Assembly (NCBI RefSeq): GCF_009914755.1
Contig: NC_060926.1
Origin: the human T2T-CHM13v2.0 reference genome, Homo sapiens
Strand: one strand, 5' to 3'
Length of the DNA: 64,000 nucleotides
Position 1 is the first letter of the stretch, and each line of letters opens with the position of its first letter. Below the pieces are notes generated by a model. That model saw nothing but the letters and a program-made list of their open reading frames with translations. It did not search any database and had not been told where the DNA came from. Shown piece by piece: positions 44,183 through 63,030 of this stretch. The translations under genes and the position numbers were made by a program.

Positions 44183-45390
44183 AGTAGGCACTTAATATAT
44201 ATTTACAAAATGACTAAATCAAGAAGACATAACAGAAGTATTTACTTCTTTGTGTGCGCTTGATGGTGGCTTGATAATGGCAGTGAGAACTCTAGAGATG
44301 AAGAGGTTTGTCTAACACTATAGTTGGCAATTGCTAAGTTACTTGTGCAATTCAAATTTATACACCTGGGAAAATTCTAGAGAAGAATCCAAGAAGATGT
44401 TCTATAGCTGAATTCCTTTCTCCCATGCTTAAAGCAGAGCATTGTCCATTAAGGGGCTTGAAATTAGGTGTAGCCAGTTTTCAGCACAAGTTGCTGCCTC
44501 ACCCTCTGTTTGTCTTTAGAGATGCATTTTTCGGGAAAGACTATGTGGCCAGGAGGCCTCTGCAAATTCCATCTAGTTGGCCCTTGGCAGAGCTGCCCAC
44601 TGGTTCTTCTGGCATCTTTATTTCCCTTGCCTTGAATTTATTCATTCCTCCCCCTTTTGTGTTGTGGTTGGCTGTATGTTATTAGTGAAGACAAATCCTG
44701 AAGCACTTCCTGAAGACAGAGGGGCACCACTCATTTTTCTTAACAATATGTATACTGGTTGTCCTAAGGGGAAGATCACTGCATTAGAAACAAAATACAT
44801 CATTCCCAACAGGAATATGGACTCAAAGCCAGGTCTGTGGAATGTGGCTGAAATGGAGAAATAACAGCTGTGGTGTTTGGGTTTCTTGAAACCAAGAAAT
44901 ACAGCATATGAAAAGTTCCATTGGAATTTTAACATAGGATTTCTTTCCCACTTGGCTTAGTCTCAGATGGTCAAATAATATGATACAATGTGGCAGCTGA
45001 AGGACTAGTTTTAGGATTGGATAGGTGTATATGCCCCATGTGAAAATCTGAGGATACATGCTCAATAATGTATAAAACCTAACCTAGGAGTCCTGCTGGC
45101 TGCAAACGTAGCAGCAGAAGATGTATCCAGGTGGAGATCAGCTCATTAGACCATTTCTCCAGCCACACATTAAGTCACCAGCTTTGCTCTGAGACCTTAG
45201 ACATGTGCTTAGACTTTCCCTGCCAATCTGAAATTCATTGACTCTTCCTCCTTCCTCCATTTCAGTGTCATAGCTATGCAGAGAGGAACCAGGTTACTGA
45301 AACTTGGGGTAGGACTTGTCAAAAACTAAAAATGCAGGACATATACATCAAAATGAGATGAGCTGTTTGTTATCTGATTTAAAAAAAAAA

Positions 45391-45980
<590 letters not shown>

Positions 45981-46629
45981 AGCATGATTTTTTTAACTGG
46001 GCTTTCTTCACGAGTCATCTCAGAGTAATGAGGAGACAACATGATGAAGGCAGACATTGTATTTATCCTTAAAAACATTTTTTCCTTGTTTAATTATTTT
46101 TGCCCTCATTTCAAACTTCCTTTCTTATAGTTTACCAAGGAAAGCAGTTGTAAGAGAATAAATTAAGTGGTAAGGAAAATTGAGGTCCATAGCCTTGAGT
46201 TCTTGAGATATGGGGTTAAAATGGGTAGAAAGAAACATCGGATGAGTCACCCTTCCACTGTAAGTCCAGCAATGCAAGGATGTTGGATTATGACTTACGT
46301 CTTTTTTAATATTTTTATTTGGTGCAGTCTACTTCCTTTACTGGCTGGGGATCAGGGGACTTGGTCACACACCTGGAGAATACACCAGAACTGTAAAGGA
46401 ATGAGAGAAAGATACATAACCATTGAAGCAGGAGCCCCTGGCCCAATATGTCCACTTTCAACAGAAAGGGGCAGCAGGTTCTTCTTCCAGGCCTTCCTCA
46501 TCTCCCATCACGGGATTTCCTTCTTTGTTTCTGGTGCCTGTGGTCCTATTGGGGTACCACTGTAAATGCTGAATGGTAACTCAAATTTCCTTCTTTTAGA
46601 GAAGAATACTTTGCAATGGGAGATTTTAA

Positions 46630-46702
46630 TGCCTGGACATGGACTTAAACCCTGGACCCTCAGATGAAAAGTCTGCTACTCTACCAACTGAGTTACCCCA
46701 AC
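46630..46702 (-). pseudogene. tRNA-Lys(TTT) (tRNA-Lys3-type) pseudogene
   Basis: Ungapped 73-nt match to the reverse complement of GCCCGGATAGCTCAGTCGGTAGAGCATCAGACTTTTAATCTGAGGGTCCAGGGTTCAAGTCCCTGTTCGGGCG. TTT anticodon kept; acceptor stem and B box (GTTTAA) mutated. Confidence 0.92.
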
Positions 46703-46771
46703 CCTTATGCTCCGCAAAATTCAGTGATGGAAATAACTGCAATATTTTTAAAAATCAAAATTATCAAAAGT

Positions 46772-47056
46772 GGCCCGGACATGGTGGCTCATGCTTATAA
46801 TCCTAGCACTTTGGGAGGCAGAGGGAGGAGAAACACTTGAGGCCAGGAGTTCAAGACCATCCTGGGCAACATAGTGAGACCTTATCTCTACAAAACAAAA
46901 CAAGACAAAGGAAAAACAAATAGTTGGATGTTGTGACTTGTGCCCATCATCCCTGCTACTTGGGAGGTTAAGGTGGGAGGACCTCTTGGGCCTGGGAAGT
47001 CGAGACTACAGTAGGCTGTGATTGTGCCACTGCACTCCAGCCTGGGCAACAGAGTG
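46772..47056 (+). mobile_element. AluJ, 3' end truncated by the adjacent L1
   Basis: Diverged dimer ending at CCTGGGCAACAGAGTG with no tail. Confidence 0.93.
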
Positions 47057-48823
<1,767 letters not shown>

Positions 48824-48933
48824 TATACATATATATAAATATTTGGTGTAGTCTACCTCCTTTGAAATTGCTAGTGCATAGGAAATTGCTAGTGCATAGT
48901 CTTCTACAGTCTTTTGTGCCTTTGAAATTGCTA

Positions 48934-49044
48934 GTGTGTGTATATATATATGTGTATATATATATGTGTATATATATGTGTGTATATATATGTGTATATA
49001 TATATGTGTATATATATGTGTGTGTGTGTGTGTATATATATGTG

Positions 49045-49089
<45 letters not shown>
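48934..49089. repeat. Compound (TA)n/(TG)n microsatellite
   Basis: About 155 nt of alternating purine-pyrimidine sequence. Confidence 0.98.
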
Positions 49090-49574
49090 CACAAAAGTAT
49101 AAATGAAGAGAGATTTGGTATTTCTGACTTTTCCTTTTGCAGCTCCCTCCTGGCTCCACTATGGCTGGGCAGGGCATAGCTTTTCACCTTCTGCTGCTTC
49201 CCTGCCTCGATGCTCACGGTGGACTGCCCGCATTTTCCTGCAGCACAGGCAGGGTTGGGGGGCAGGGGCAGCCTCAGGAAACAGCAACCCCTTCCTGTGA
49301 CTGCCTTCCCACCAGCTCTCCTCTCCTGGCTAACCAGACCTCTTTCAGCTGCAGGATAGTGTAAAATAATCTTTTTCCTTCAGAATGGGGTTCAGGAAAA
49401 AATGCAATTTCTGGCTTTACTTATGACAGTGAGAGAAGTGCTATTTCCTCTTCTTTAAGATTCTGTCCTCGCTACTTTGAGGGTCTGTATCTGCAAAGCT
49501 GTTGTCACAATTCTACAGATAGGGAAGAAGGGAGCTATTAGTGCCTAGTCCCTCCTGTCTGCAAGAGGGCTATG

Positions 49575-49826
49575 CGGTACAGCATTATTTTCAAGAGCAC
49601 CAAATCTGGAGCCAGTCTGTCTAGTTCAAGTTCCGGTCCAGCCCCTAGCTAGCTGTGTGGCCTTGGGCGAGCTATTTCACTCTTGATATTTCTATTTTCT
49701 CCTCTAAAGATAGGGATGTGGATACTGCCTGCCTAGTAAGGCTAATAGGAGGAATAACACATGAAGTACTTAGGATTGTGCCTGGCACGTAATAAGCATT
49801 CAAAAGTGTCAGCAGTTATTACTATT
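49575..49826 (+). mobile_element. Near full-length MIR (a second, opposite MIR fragment follows to ~49960)
   Basis: TCTGGAGCCAG...TAGCTGTGTGGCCTTGGGCGAGCTATTTCAC...GTGCCTGGCACGTAATAAGCATTCAA. Confidence 0.85.
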
Positions 49827-51012
49827 TTACACTTTCCATAACTCAATGAGCTGTTCCTATTTTCATTTTACAAACAAAGAAACAGGAATAGCAAATTTAA
49901 GTAACTCATTAAAGGGAATTCAGCTAAAATGGAACGAGACAACATGTGAACTATCATCTTCATAGAAATAGAAAAGATTTGACTCCTTTAAGAGAAGGGA
50001 AATATACTTTTTGTTCAGAATAGTTTCAGTTTTCTGTATTATTGGAAAAGTAAAGAACAAGAATTTATAATAAGGCCAAGAAGTTTTTGACTTTATTTTA
50101 TTTTTATTTGAAGACTGTTCAGATTCATTATTTCCTTCATGAGGTTTTCTATTTTATTTTTTTTTGTCATCCTTAATTCATAATTCAGAATAAAAGGTGA
50201 CATTGCCTTCAACAATCTGAATTGCTTCTGTTTATAACCTGCCTGTTGATGAGTATTGTTTTTAGTCTTCTACAGTCTTTTGTGCCTTTGAGATTGCTAG
50301 TATGTAGGGCAGCACCTTTTCTGTCTTTGTCTTTCATTGAGACCCTGGACTGATGTTGGTCTAATGCATACACACCTAACACTTGCTCCACACGTAATCC
50401 CAGGGTACTGTTGAGATAACAAGATATAGTAAAGCTCCGTGACAGCAAAGAAGTATTTGTCTTGTTCTACATTTCTCTTGACTGATTCTGCTCTGCTTTA
50501 AAGTCAAGCAAATTAAAAATATATACTAAAGAACTCAAGGAAAAATTACAAAATTTTTAATGTAATTTTTAAGCAAATTACATAAAGAATAATTTACATA
50601 AATGAAACCCAAGGAAGAATCTCATCAGGAAGCTATTTAATATATAATGGAGCTAAAGGGAGAAGAGAGGCTACGTAGAAGGGACAGGCAGATCCTGCTT
50701 TTAACAGGAAAGTTTCTATGTAACACATCTTTCTCTTGAGAGGGAAAGAGGTTGAGCTTCTCTATCCCCTGGTAATAGGCATTTATAGATCTACTCATCT
50801 TTTTGTGATATTCTGTTACTCCCTATAGGGTTTAATTGGGGTGATTCAGGGTTTTTTTTTGTTTTTCCTTTTTATAAAAAAGGAAGTAATGCTGCCCTTA
50901 ACACAAATGCCATTTTCAAAGCACCACAAAGTGAAGAGTTTGAAAATTTGTTCCTGAGTAACAGGAGAAAGTGTTGAGATGGCTAGCAAGTTTGTGCACC
51001 TGTGTGTATATA

Positions 51013-51640
51013 ATTTTTTTAATTGTGGTAAAATACACATACCATAAAATTTAGCATTTTAACCATTTTAAAGTGCACAATTTAGTGACATTTAATATTT
51101 CACAATGTTGAGGAACTATGACTACTGTCTTGTTCCAAAACATTTTCATCCCTCCTAAAGGAAATCCCATGACCATTAAGCAGGCACTTATCTCCTCTTC
51201 CCATAGCTGCTGGGAACCACCAGTGTGCTTTCTGTCTCATGGATTTGCCTATTCTGGATATTTCATATACATGAAATCATCCGATATGTGGTCTTTGTGT
51301 CTGGCGTCTTTCACTTAGCATCATGTTTTCATGGTCCATACATAATGTAGCATGTATCAGTTCCTCGTTTTTTCTGTGGTTGAATAACTTGCCGTTACAG
51401 GAATATACCACACTTTGTTTAACCATTTATCAGTTGATGGACATGTGAATTGTTTTCACCTTTGACTATTGTAAATAGTGTAGCTATGGACATTTGTGTT
51501 CAAGTGTTTGTTTGAACACCTTGTTTCAATTCTTCTGGGTATATATTCAAGAGTAGAATTGTTGGGTCATATAATTGTGTATTTTATGAGGAGCTGCCAA
51601 GTTAATTTCCATAGTGGCTGCACCATTTTACATTGCCATT
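51013..51640 (-). mobile_element. L1MB-type 3' end
   Basis: TTTTAATTGTGGTAAAATACACATACCATAAAATTTA...GGATTTGCCTATTCTGGATATTTCATATA...TTTCCATAGTGGCTGCACCATTTTACATT. Confidence 0.88.
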
Positions 51641-51691
51641 TAACACATTTTTAAAATTAATAGCATAATTTATGAAAATTAAGGATACACC

Positions 51692-51985
<294 letters not shown>

Positions 51986-52652
51986 ACTAAGGATACACCT
52001 ACCCAAAAATGTACATGTATTTTTCAAGGACATACGCCCGTCTAAGACATACCTAAAACCATGGATCTTTCAGATACAGGTATGCTAGTTGTTAGAATGA
52101 GGTCCCAGGAGTGAAGCAAAACTCATGCATCAGACTTCTTTCTATCCAAAAGTAAAGATCCTCCAAGATCAGCCAAATCCCTTTGCTCTGATTTTTAATC
52201 ATTTAGCAATCTTCTGAAGCCTGATAGAATTTCCTAGGCATCTACGAAATTCATGAGGAGGTCATTCCTGGTATATGGACACAAATATGCCATTCTTGGG
52301 AAAGTGTTCATTTTGCCCATCTGACTTATCTCTCAAGTCCTTGTGAGATGGCTTATTATAAATCATGCACACAGTTTGGTCAACCCCACCCCACAAGTGA
52401 ACTGTCAAATCATACCCAGTTTCCTTTTAATTCTTCACATTTTAACATGTCTAAAATCAATAACTTTTTGGATCCCATGAAATAAAGTAATTTTGAGAAA
52501 ACAAAATTTAGATTTTTAATCCAGGATATTAGTGACCTCATTAAGGTTCATCACATTTGTGAGGCCAGGAATAGAATGGCCTTATTGAGGCCTTATCTGG
52601 AATATTATATAAATTATTTGCAAGGACTACTTATCTTCTCACCCAATCCCTG

Positions 52653-52654
<2 letters not shown>

Positions 52655-52690
<36 letters not shown>
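52655..52690. repeat. (AC)18 microsatellite
   Basis: Perfect dinucleotide run. Confidence 0.98.
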
Positions 52691-52691
<1 letters not shown>

Positions 52692-53015
52692 ATCAGGGTT
52701 TAATAGAGGTCTCCGTTCCTGATATTATGGCACCCTATTCATGTTTCTGTGTCTGATCCAAAATATCAGGATGTTCATGCTGTCACTACATTTGCCATAG
52801 AACTTGGTTCTATTGCACTCCCAGAGGCTACCCTTCTCTCCATCAGCACCTGACAAATGTGTGCTCTGTAGGGGTCAGAAGGAGAAGAGGAAGAATGAGG
52901 ATGACCCAGGGAAAAGCTATCTTCACCACTGAAAACAATTCACAGCATCAGCCCAAGTAGCTATGGATCAATAGTGTAAGTCTGGGTGCAGAGTAGCCTA
53001 CTTTGGTCAGCATAG

Positions 53016-53340
<325 letters not shown>

Positions 53341-53751
53341 CCAATTTTTAAATTATAGTTACATTCAATAAAATGACCAAGATCTTATCTAGAGCATGAC
53401 CGAAAAGAGGACAAGTCTTAAAGACCATTTTGTCTGGTAGCCTTCAAATTGAGGCCCACATACCCCTACAGGTATACAAAACCTCACAAAAGATACCTGA
53501 GTGTACACATTTTTAAAGAAATTAATTTCCAGATCCTTAACTTGCATCCTACAATAAACCTGCATTGCTTCTGCTTTCTCATTTTCCCATCTCAGTCTCC
53601 TTCCTGTCACTTTGCAAGAAAATGGTGTACCTCCCACACAAACAGCATTTTTCTATGATGTATTGTTATTTTGTGTGTACAAACCTGTAGAGCAAAAACA
53701 AATGGCCAACTCAAAACACTGATGGCCAGCTTTGTGGTTTTTCTTGGATGC

Positions 53752-53815
53752 CTAACTCCATGCTTTGCCCTTAAAAGAACCATTATGCCTTTTTAAGGGC
53801 AAAGCATGAAGTTAG
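53752..53815. repeat. Inverted repeat: 25-bp arms (24/25), 14-nt spacer
   Basis: CTAACTCCATGCTTTGCCCTTAAAA - GAACCATTATGCCT - TTTTAAGGGCAAAGCATGAAGTTAG. Confidence 0.95.
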
Positions 53816-54759
53816 AGACATGTGGTATCTTGATTTGTGCTAAGATGTTCGGAATTCATGTACACTGAAGGAAAAGGCAGGACTACCAACAATTTCCTTT
53901 TAATGACCTCTCTCTTTTATCCCTGGATATTGCTACAGAATGTATCCCTTTAGGGGAAGAGGTTCCCTTGAGAGCAAAGCAAAGATGAGGTTGTTGAAGT
54001 CCACTGTGCCTTATTTCCTTGTGCCTGAGTACCATGTTTTATCCATTAGTGTTAAGATTAGTGTTAAGAAGTGAGATGGTTGTCATGGGAATGCATCTCA
54101 ACACAGCAATTTAAATTGAAAAGACTTTTCCTAACAGAAAACTCATCTGATTTTACTGATAATGAAGACTGGCTTTTTCAATTAGATTAGATGATGGATG
54201 CTGTCTATAACTTGAATGAGCCAAATCAGCAGCTCCAAGGTTATGATGAAAATATATTTAAGGCACATAATGAGACAAATAGATTTTATAAAAAATTTTG
54301 TACTGGCACGGGTGAGTTGAAATACTTGTATTTTCCCCATTCTTTCTGAGTGCATTGTAATACGGTTTGTCACTGAGGAAAAGCATAACAGGAAGTTTTT
54401 TTTTGTTAAAGTATTGACATACTTTCTCAATGGTTGGTAAATGTTTATCGCCCTGAATCCTAGGAGCCCTAGCCCCTTCCCAGGGACCTGGAACCTGTCA
54501 GACTTCATAATCTAGCAGCTGTAAGGTTGGTACCTTGCATTACAGGGGTCTGCAGGACCTGCTCTAGCACAAAGACCAGGGTCCAGTACTCTGTGTTGGT
54601 TGATTCCTTGTCTTACAAGTTAACACTGAATATCTCTCCAAGTCATCAGTATAATTGTCATTTTATAAATCTTAGTAAAGCTTCTGCAGTAACTGAGAAA
54701 TGACTCTAAAGATGGTTAACAAGTCATTTAGTTTTTCCCTAATTTTAAAAATACTTTAA

Positions 54760-55102
<343 letters not shown>

Positions 55103-55402
55103 GAACATAAACATAATTTATAATTTTTTATGGAAAATCACTGTGTGATTTTAGCATGGAGTCATGGTGGATTTTAAAGAGATGGACCAAATGGCTCTAA
55201 TAAAATGTGCATTTCTAGGTACACATTTTTGAGAACAATGTTTCTCAGGGCTCCTATTTTTAAAAATGAAAAATACAAATAATATTGATGCTCAACCACA
55301 ACTCATTCTACAGTTGAACAATTCTCATCTGCAAATACATAAAGTAATTACGGGAAAAAGGCTTCACCTATATTGTCAGCAAATACATTTAGAGTATAAT
55401 TT

Positions 55403-55540
55403 GGCTGGGCATGGTGGCTCATGCCTGTAATCCCAGCACTTTGGGAGGCTGAGGTGGGCAGTTCACCTGAAGTCAGGAGTTCAAGACCAGCCTGGCAAAC
55501 ATGGTGAAACCCCATCTCTACTAAAAGAAAAGCAAAAACA
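55403..55540 (+). mobile_element. AluS (Sq/Sp-like) left arm, split by L1
   Basis: Left monomer up to TCTCTACTAAAA and the A-rich linker. Upstream TSD GAGTATAATTT at 55392-55402. Confidence 0.93.
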
Positions 55541-56560
55541 GTTCTGTTCCAAGATGGCCAAATAGGAACAGCTCCCATCTGTAGCTCCCAGCGTGATCAA
55601 CACAGAAGATGGGTGATTTCTGCATTTCCAACTGAAGTACCTGGTTCATCTCATTGGGACTGGTTGGACAGTGGGTGCAGCCCACAGAGGGCGAGCTGAA
55701 GCAGGGCGGGGAGTTGCCTCTCTCAGGAAGCACAAGGAGTTGGGGAATTTCCCTTTCCTAGCCAAGGGAAGCTGTGACAGACTGTACCTGGAAAATCGGT
55801 ACACTCACACCCAAATGCTGCGCTTTTCCCATGGTCTTAGAAACCAGCAGACCGGGAGTTTCATTCCTGTGCCTGGCTTGGCAGGTCCCACACCCATGGA
55901 GCCTTGCTCACTGCTAGCGTAGCAGTCTGAGATTGCTCTGTGAGGCTGCAGCCTGGCGGGGGGAGGGGCATCCACCATTGCTGAGGCTTGAGTAGGTAAA
56001 CAAAGCAGCTGAGAAGCTTGAACTGGGCGGAGCCCACCACAGCTCAGAAAGGCCTACCACCTCTATAGACTCCACCTCTGTGGGCAGGGCATAGCTGAAC
56101 AAAAGGCAGCAGAAACTTCTGCAGACTTAAACGTCCCTGTCTGACAGCTCTGAAGAGAGCAATGGTTCTCCCAGCATGGCATTTGAGCTCTGAGAATGGA
56201 CAGACTGCCTCCTCAAGTGGGTCCCTGATCCCTGTGTAGCCTAACTGGGAGACACCTCTCAGTAGGGTCCAACAGACACCTCATACAGGTGGGTGCCCCT
56301 CTGGGACGAAGCTTCCAGGGGAAGGATCAGGCAGCGATATTTGCTGTTCTGCAGCCTCTGTTGGTGATACCCAGGCAAACAGGGTCTGGAGTGGACCTCC
56401 AGCAAACTCCAACAGACCTGCAGCTGAGGGACCTGACGGTTAGAAGGAAAACTAAGAAACAGAAAGGAATAACATCAACATCAATGAAAAGGACATCCAC
56501 ACCAAAACCTCATCTGTAGGTCACCAACATCAAAGACCAAAGGTAGATAAAACCACAAAG

Positions 56561-57585
56561 ATGGGGAGAAACCAGAGCAGAAAAGCTGAAAATTCTAAAA
56601 ACCAGAGCACCTCTTTTCCTCCAATGGATCACAGTTCCTCACCAGCAATGGAACAAAGCTGGACGGAGAATGATTTTGACAAGTTGACAGAAGTAAGTTT
56701 CAGAAGGTCGGTAACAACAAACTTCTCCAAGCTAAAGGAGCATGTTCTAACCCACAGCAAGGAAGCTAAAAAGCTTGAAAAAAGGTTAGACGAATGGCTA
56801 ACTAGAATAAACAGTGTAGAGAAGACCTTAAATGACCTGATGGAGCTGAAAACCATGGCATGAGAACTTCGTGATGCATGCACAAGCTTCAATAGCAATT
56901 CAATCAAGTGGAAGAAAGGATATCAGTGATTGAAGATCAAATTAATGAAATAAATCTAGGAGACAAGACTAGAGAAAAAGGAGTAAAAATAAACAAACAA
57001 ATCCTCCAAGAAATATGGGACAATGTGAAAAGACCAAATCTACGTTTGACTGGTGTACCTGAAAGTGAGGGGGAGAATGGAACCAAGTTGGAAAACACTG
57101 TTCAGGATATTATCCAGGAGAACTTTCCCGACCTAGCAAGGCAAGCCAACATTCAAATTCAGGAAATACAGAGAACACCACAGAGGTACTCCTTGAGAAG
57201 AGCAACCCGAAGACACTTAATTGTCAGATTCACCAAAGTTGAAATGAAGGAAAAAATGTTAAAGGCAGCCAGAGAGAAAGGTTGGGTTACCCACAAAGAG
57301 AAGCCCATCAGACTAACAGCAGATCTCTTGGCAGAAACCCTACAAGCCAGTTGAGAGTGGGGGTCAATATTCAACATTCTTAAAGAAAAGAATTTTCAAC
57401 CCAGAATTTCATATCCAGCCAAATTAAGCTTCATAAGTGAAGGAGAAATAAAATACTTTACACACAAGCAAATGCTGAGAAATTTTGTCACCACCCGGCC
57501 TGCCTTAGAAGAGCTCCTCAATGAAGCACTAAACATGGAAAGGAACAACCAGTACCAGCCACTGCAAAAACATGCCAAATTGTAA
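56561..57585 (+). pseudogene. L1 ORF1 remnant
   Basis: MGRNQSRKAENSKNQS... and EIWDNVKRPNLRLTGVPESEGEN. Premature stops at 56863 and 57354. Confidence 0.94.
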
Positions 57586-57648
57586 AGACCATTGATGCTA
57601 TGAAGAAACTGCATCAATTAATGGGCAAAATAATCAGCGAATATCATA

Positions 57649-61477
<3,829 letters not shown>

Positions 61478-61689
61478 ACAATGAGAACACATGGACACAG
61501 GGTGGGGAACATCACACACTGGAGCCTGTCAGGGGTTGGGGTCTGGGGTAGGGATAGCATTAGGAGAAATACCTAATGTAAATGATGAGTTGATGGGTGC
61601 AGCAAACCAACATGGCATATGTATACCTATGTATCAATCTGTACGTTGTGCACATGTACCCTAGAACTTAAAGTATAATATTAAAAAAA

Positions 61690-61863
61690 CACAAAAAAAT
61701 TAGCAGGGGCATGGTGGCGGACACCTGTAATCCCAGCTACATGGGGGGCTGAGGCAGGAGAGTCGCTTGAACCCTGAGGTGGAGGTTGCAGTGAGCCTAG
61801 ATTGTGCCATTGCACTCCAGGCTGGGCAACAAGAATGAAACTCCTTCTCAAAAAAAAAAAAAA
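61690..61863 (+). mobile_element. AluS right arm (continuation of 55403-55540)
   Basis: AAAATTAGCAGGGGCATGGTGG...GGCAACAAGAATGAAACTCC, polyA, downstream TSD GAGTATAATTT at 61866-61876. Confidence 0.93.
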
Positions 61864-62814
61864 TTGAGTATAATTTACACGTTAACAATTATGCGAATTT
61901 TAAACATATAAAGTAAATATAAACATATAACAATATATGTTATATGTTTTGGTTAATTTTGTATTTCTAATAATTGCAATGACAATTCAATCTAGAGGGA
62001 AAAAATTATCACATAGAGCATTACAGCCATTGGAGAAAATAAGTTTCAACTTTTATATGCATATTGTTATTGTAGAAGAAAGTTATACAATCATCAGTAA
62101 AAGACTTATAAGTATAAAAATACATTTATTTGAGATGAAGTTCTTTTTGGAAAGTAGAATGGAAGTAAGAGTCCAAAGAGAAAAATAACCACATAATATT
62201 ATAGTAACAGAACAAACTTCCTTGTGTATTTACAAATAGACAATGATATATATCAAATTATTAGGAATTTATATTCTATATTCTACTTTTAGATATGTTG
62301 GTGTAATATATTCCTTTTTGTTTATTTATACACCATTGCTTTGGCAATCATCATCTTATACTAAATAAAAGAGCATTGGATTTATTGAAAGTCATGTCTT
62401 GGATTTGTGAGGCACTGCCATGAGTCAGGATCACCCAGCTTCAGGAAATTCTTCTGGTGTACTTCAAATCCTCATTTTTCATACACAAAACGAAGATTGA
62501 GGGAAGCCAGTTACTTATGATGTCACACAACCTGCACGATGTGTAGAATCCAGCTCTCTGGCTCTCAGCTTGGTTCTCTTTCTTTAAACTACCATAAACA
62601 CATTAAATCCTAAATTAAACTAAGTATTAGTTTTCAAAAGAACAATCTATGAGCCAACTTGATTAAGTATTTTAAAAGTCTAATTCAAATTAAAATCATT
62701 TTTTTAAATTTTCAGTTAACTAATTATTAAACTAGATAAGAATATTTTCCGAAATGAGACTGGTACTTGGTTTGTTGGAGTCTCTGGAAGGAACAGCAAA
62801 GCCTTTGGGAAGCT

Positions 62815-63030
62815 CCAGGGTGTCATGGAAAGAAGAAGCCTTGGCCTCAATTTCTAGTCACGCTAGTTACTAGCTAAGGGCTTTGGTGCTGTTTACCCAA
62901 TTCCTCTGAGTTTGTTTCCTTATTTGGAAAATGGAGATTAAAATCCCTGCCTGATGAAGTTAAGGTTAAGATGAAATGAGATAATGCATGTAAAGTGTGT
63001 CGTATAATACTTGGCATATGTTGGAAACCT
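62815..63030 (+). mobile_element. MIR
   Basis: CTCTGAGTTTGTTTCCTTATTTGGAAAATGGAGAT...ATGAAATGAGATAATGCATGTAAAGTG. A weaker opposite-strand MIR lies at ~62400-62590. Confidence 0.8.

Noticed and set aside
46167-46565. 132-aa ORF in non-repeat sequence
   Set aside because: Non-ATG start, no recognisable domain and no supporting exon structure.
54055-54078. Small tandem duplications (ATTAGTGTTAAG x2; also ~3812-3851 and ~22952-22970)
   Set aside because: Ordinary slippage indels.
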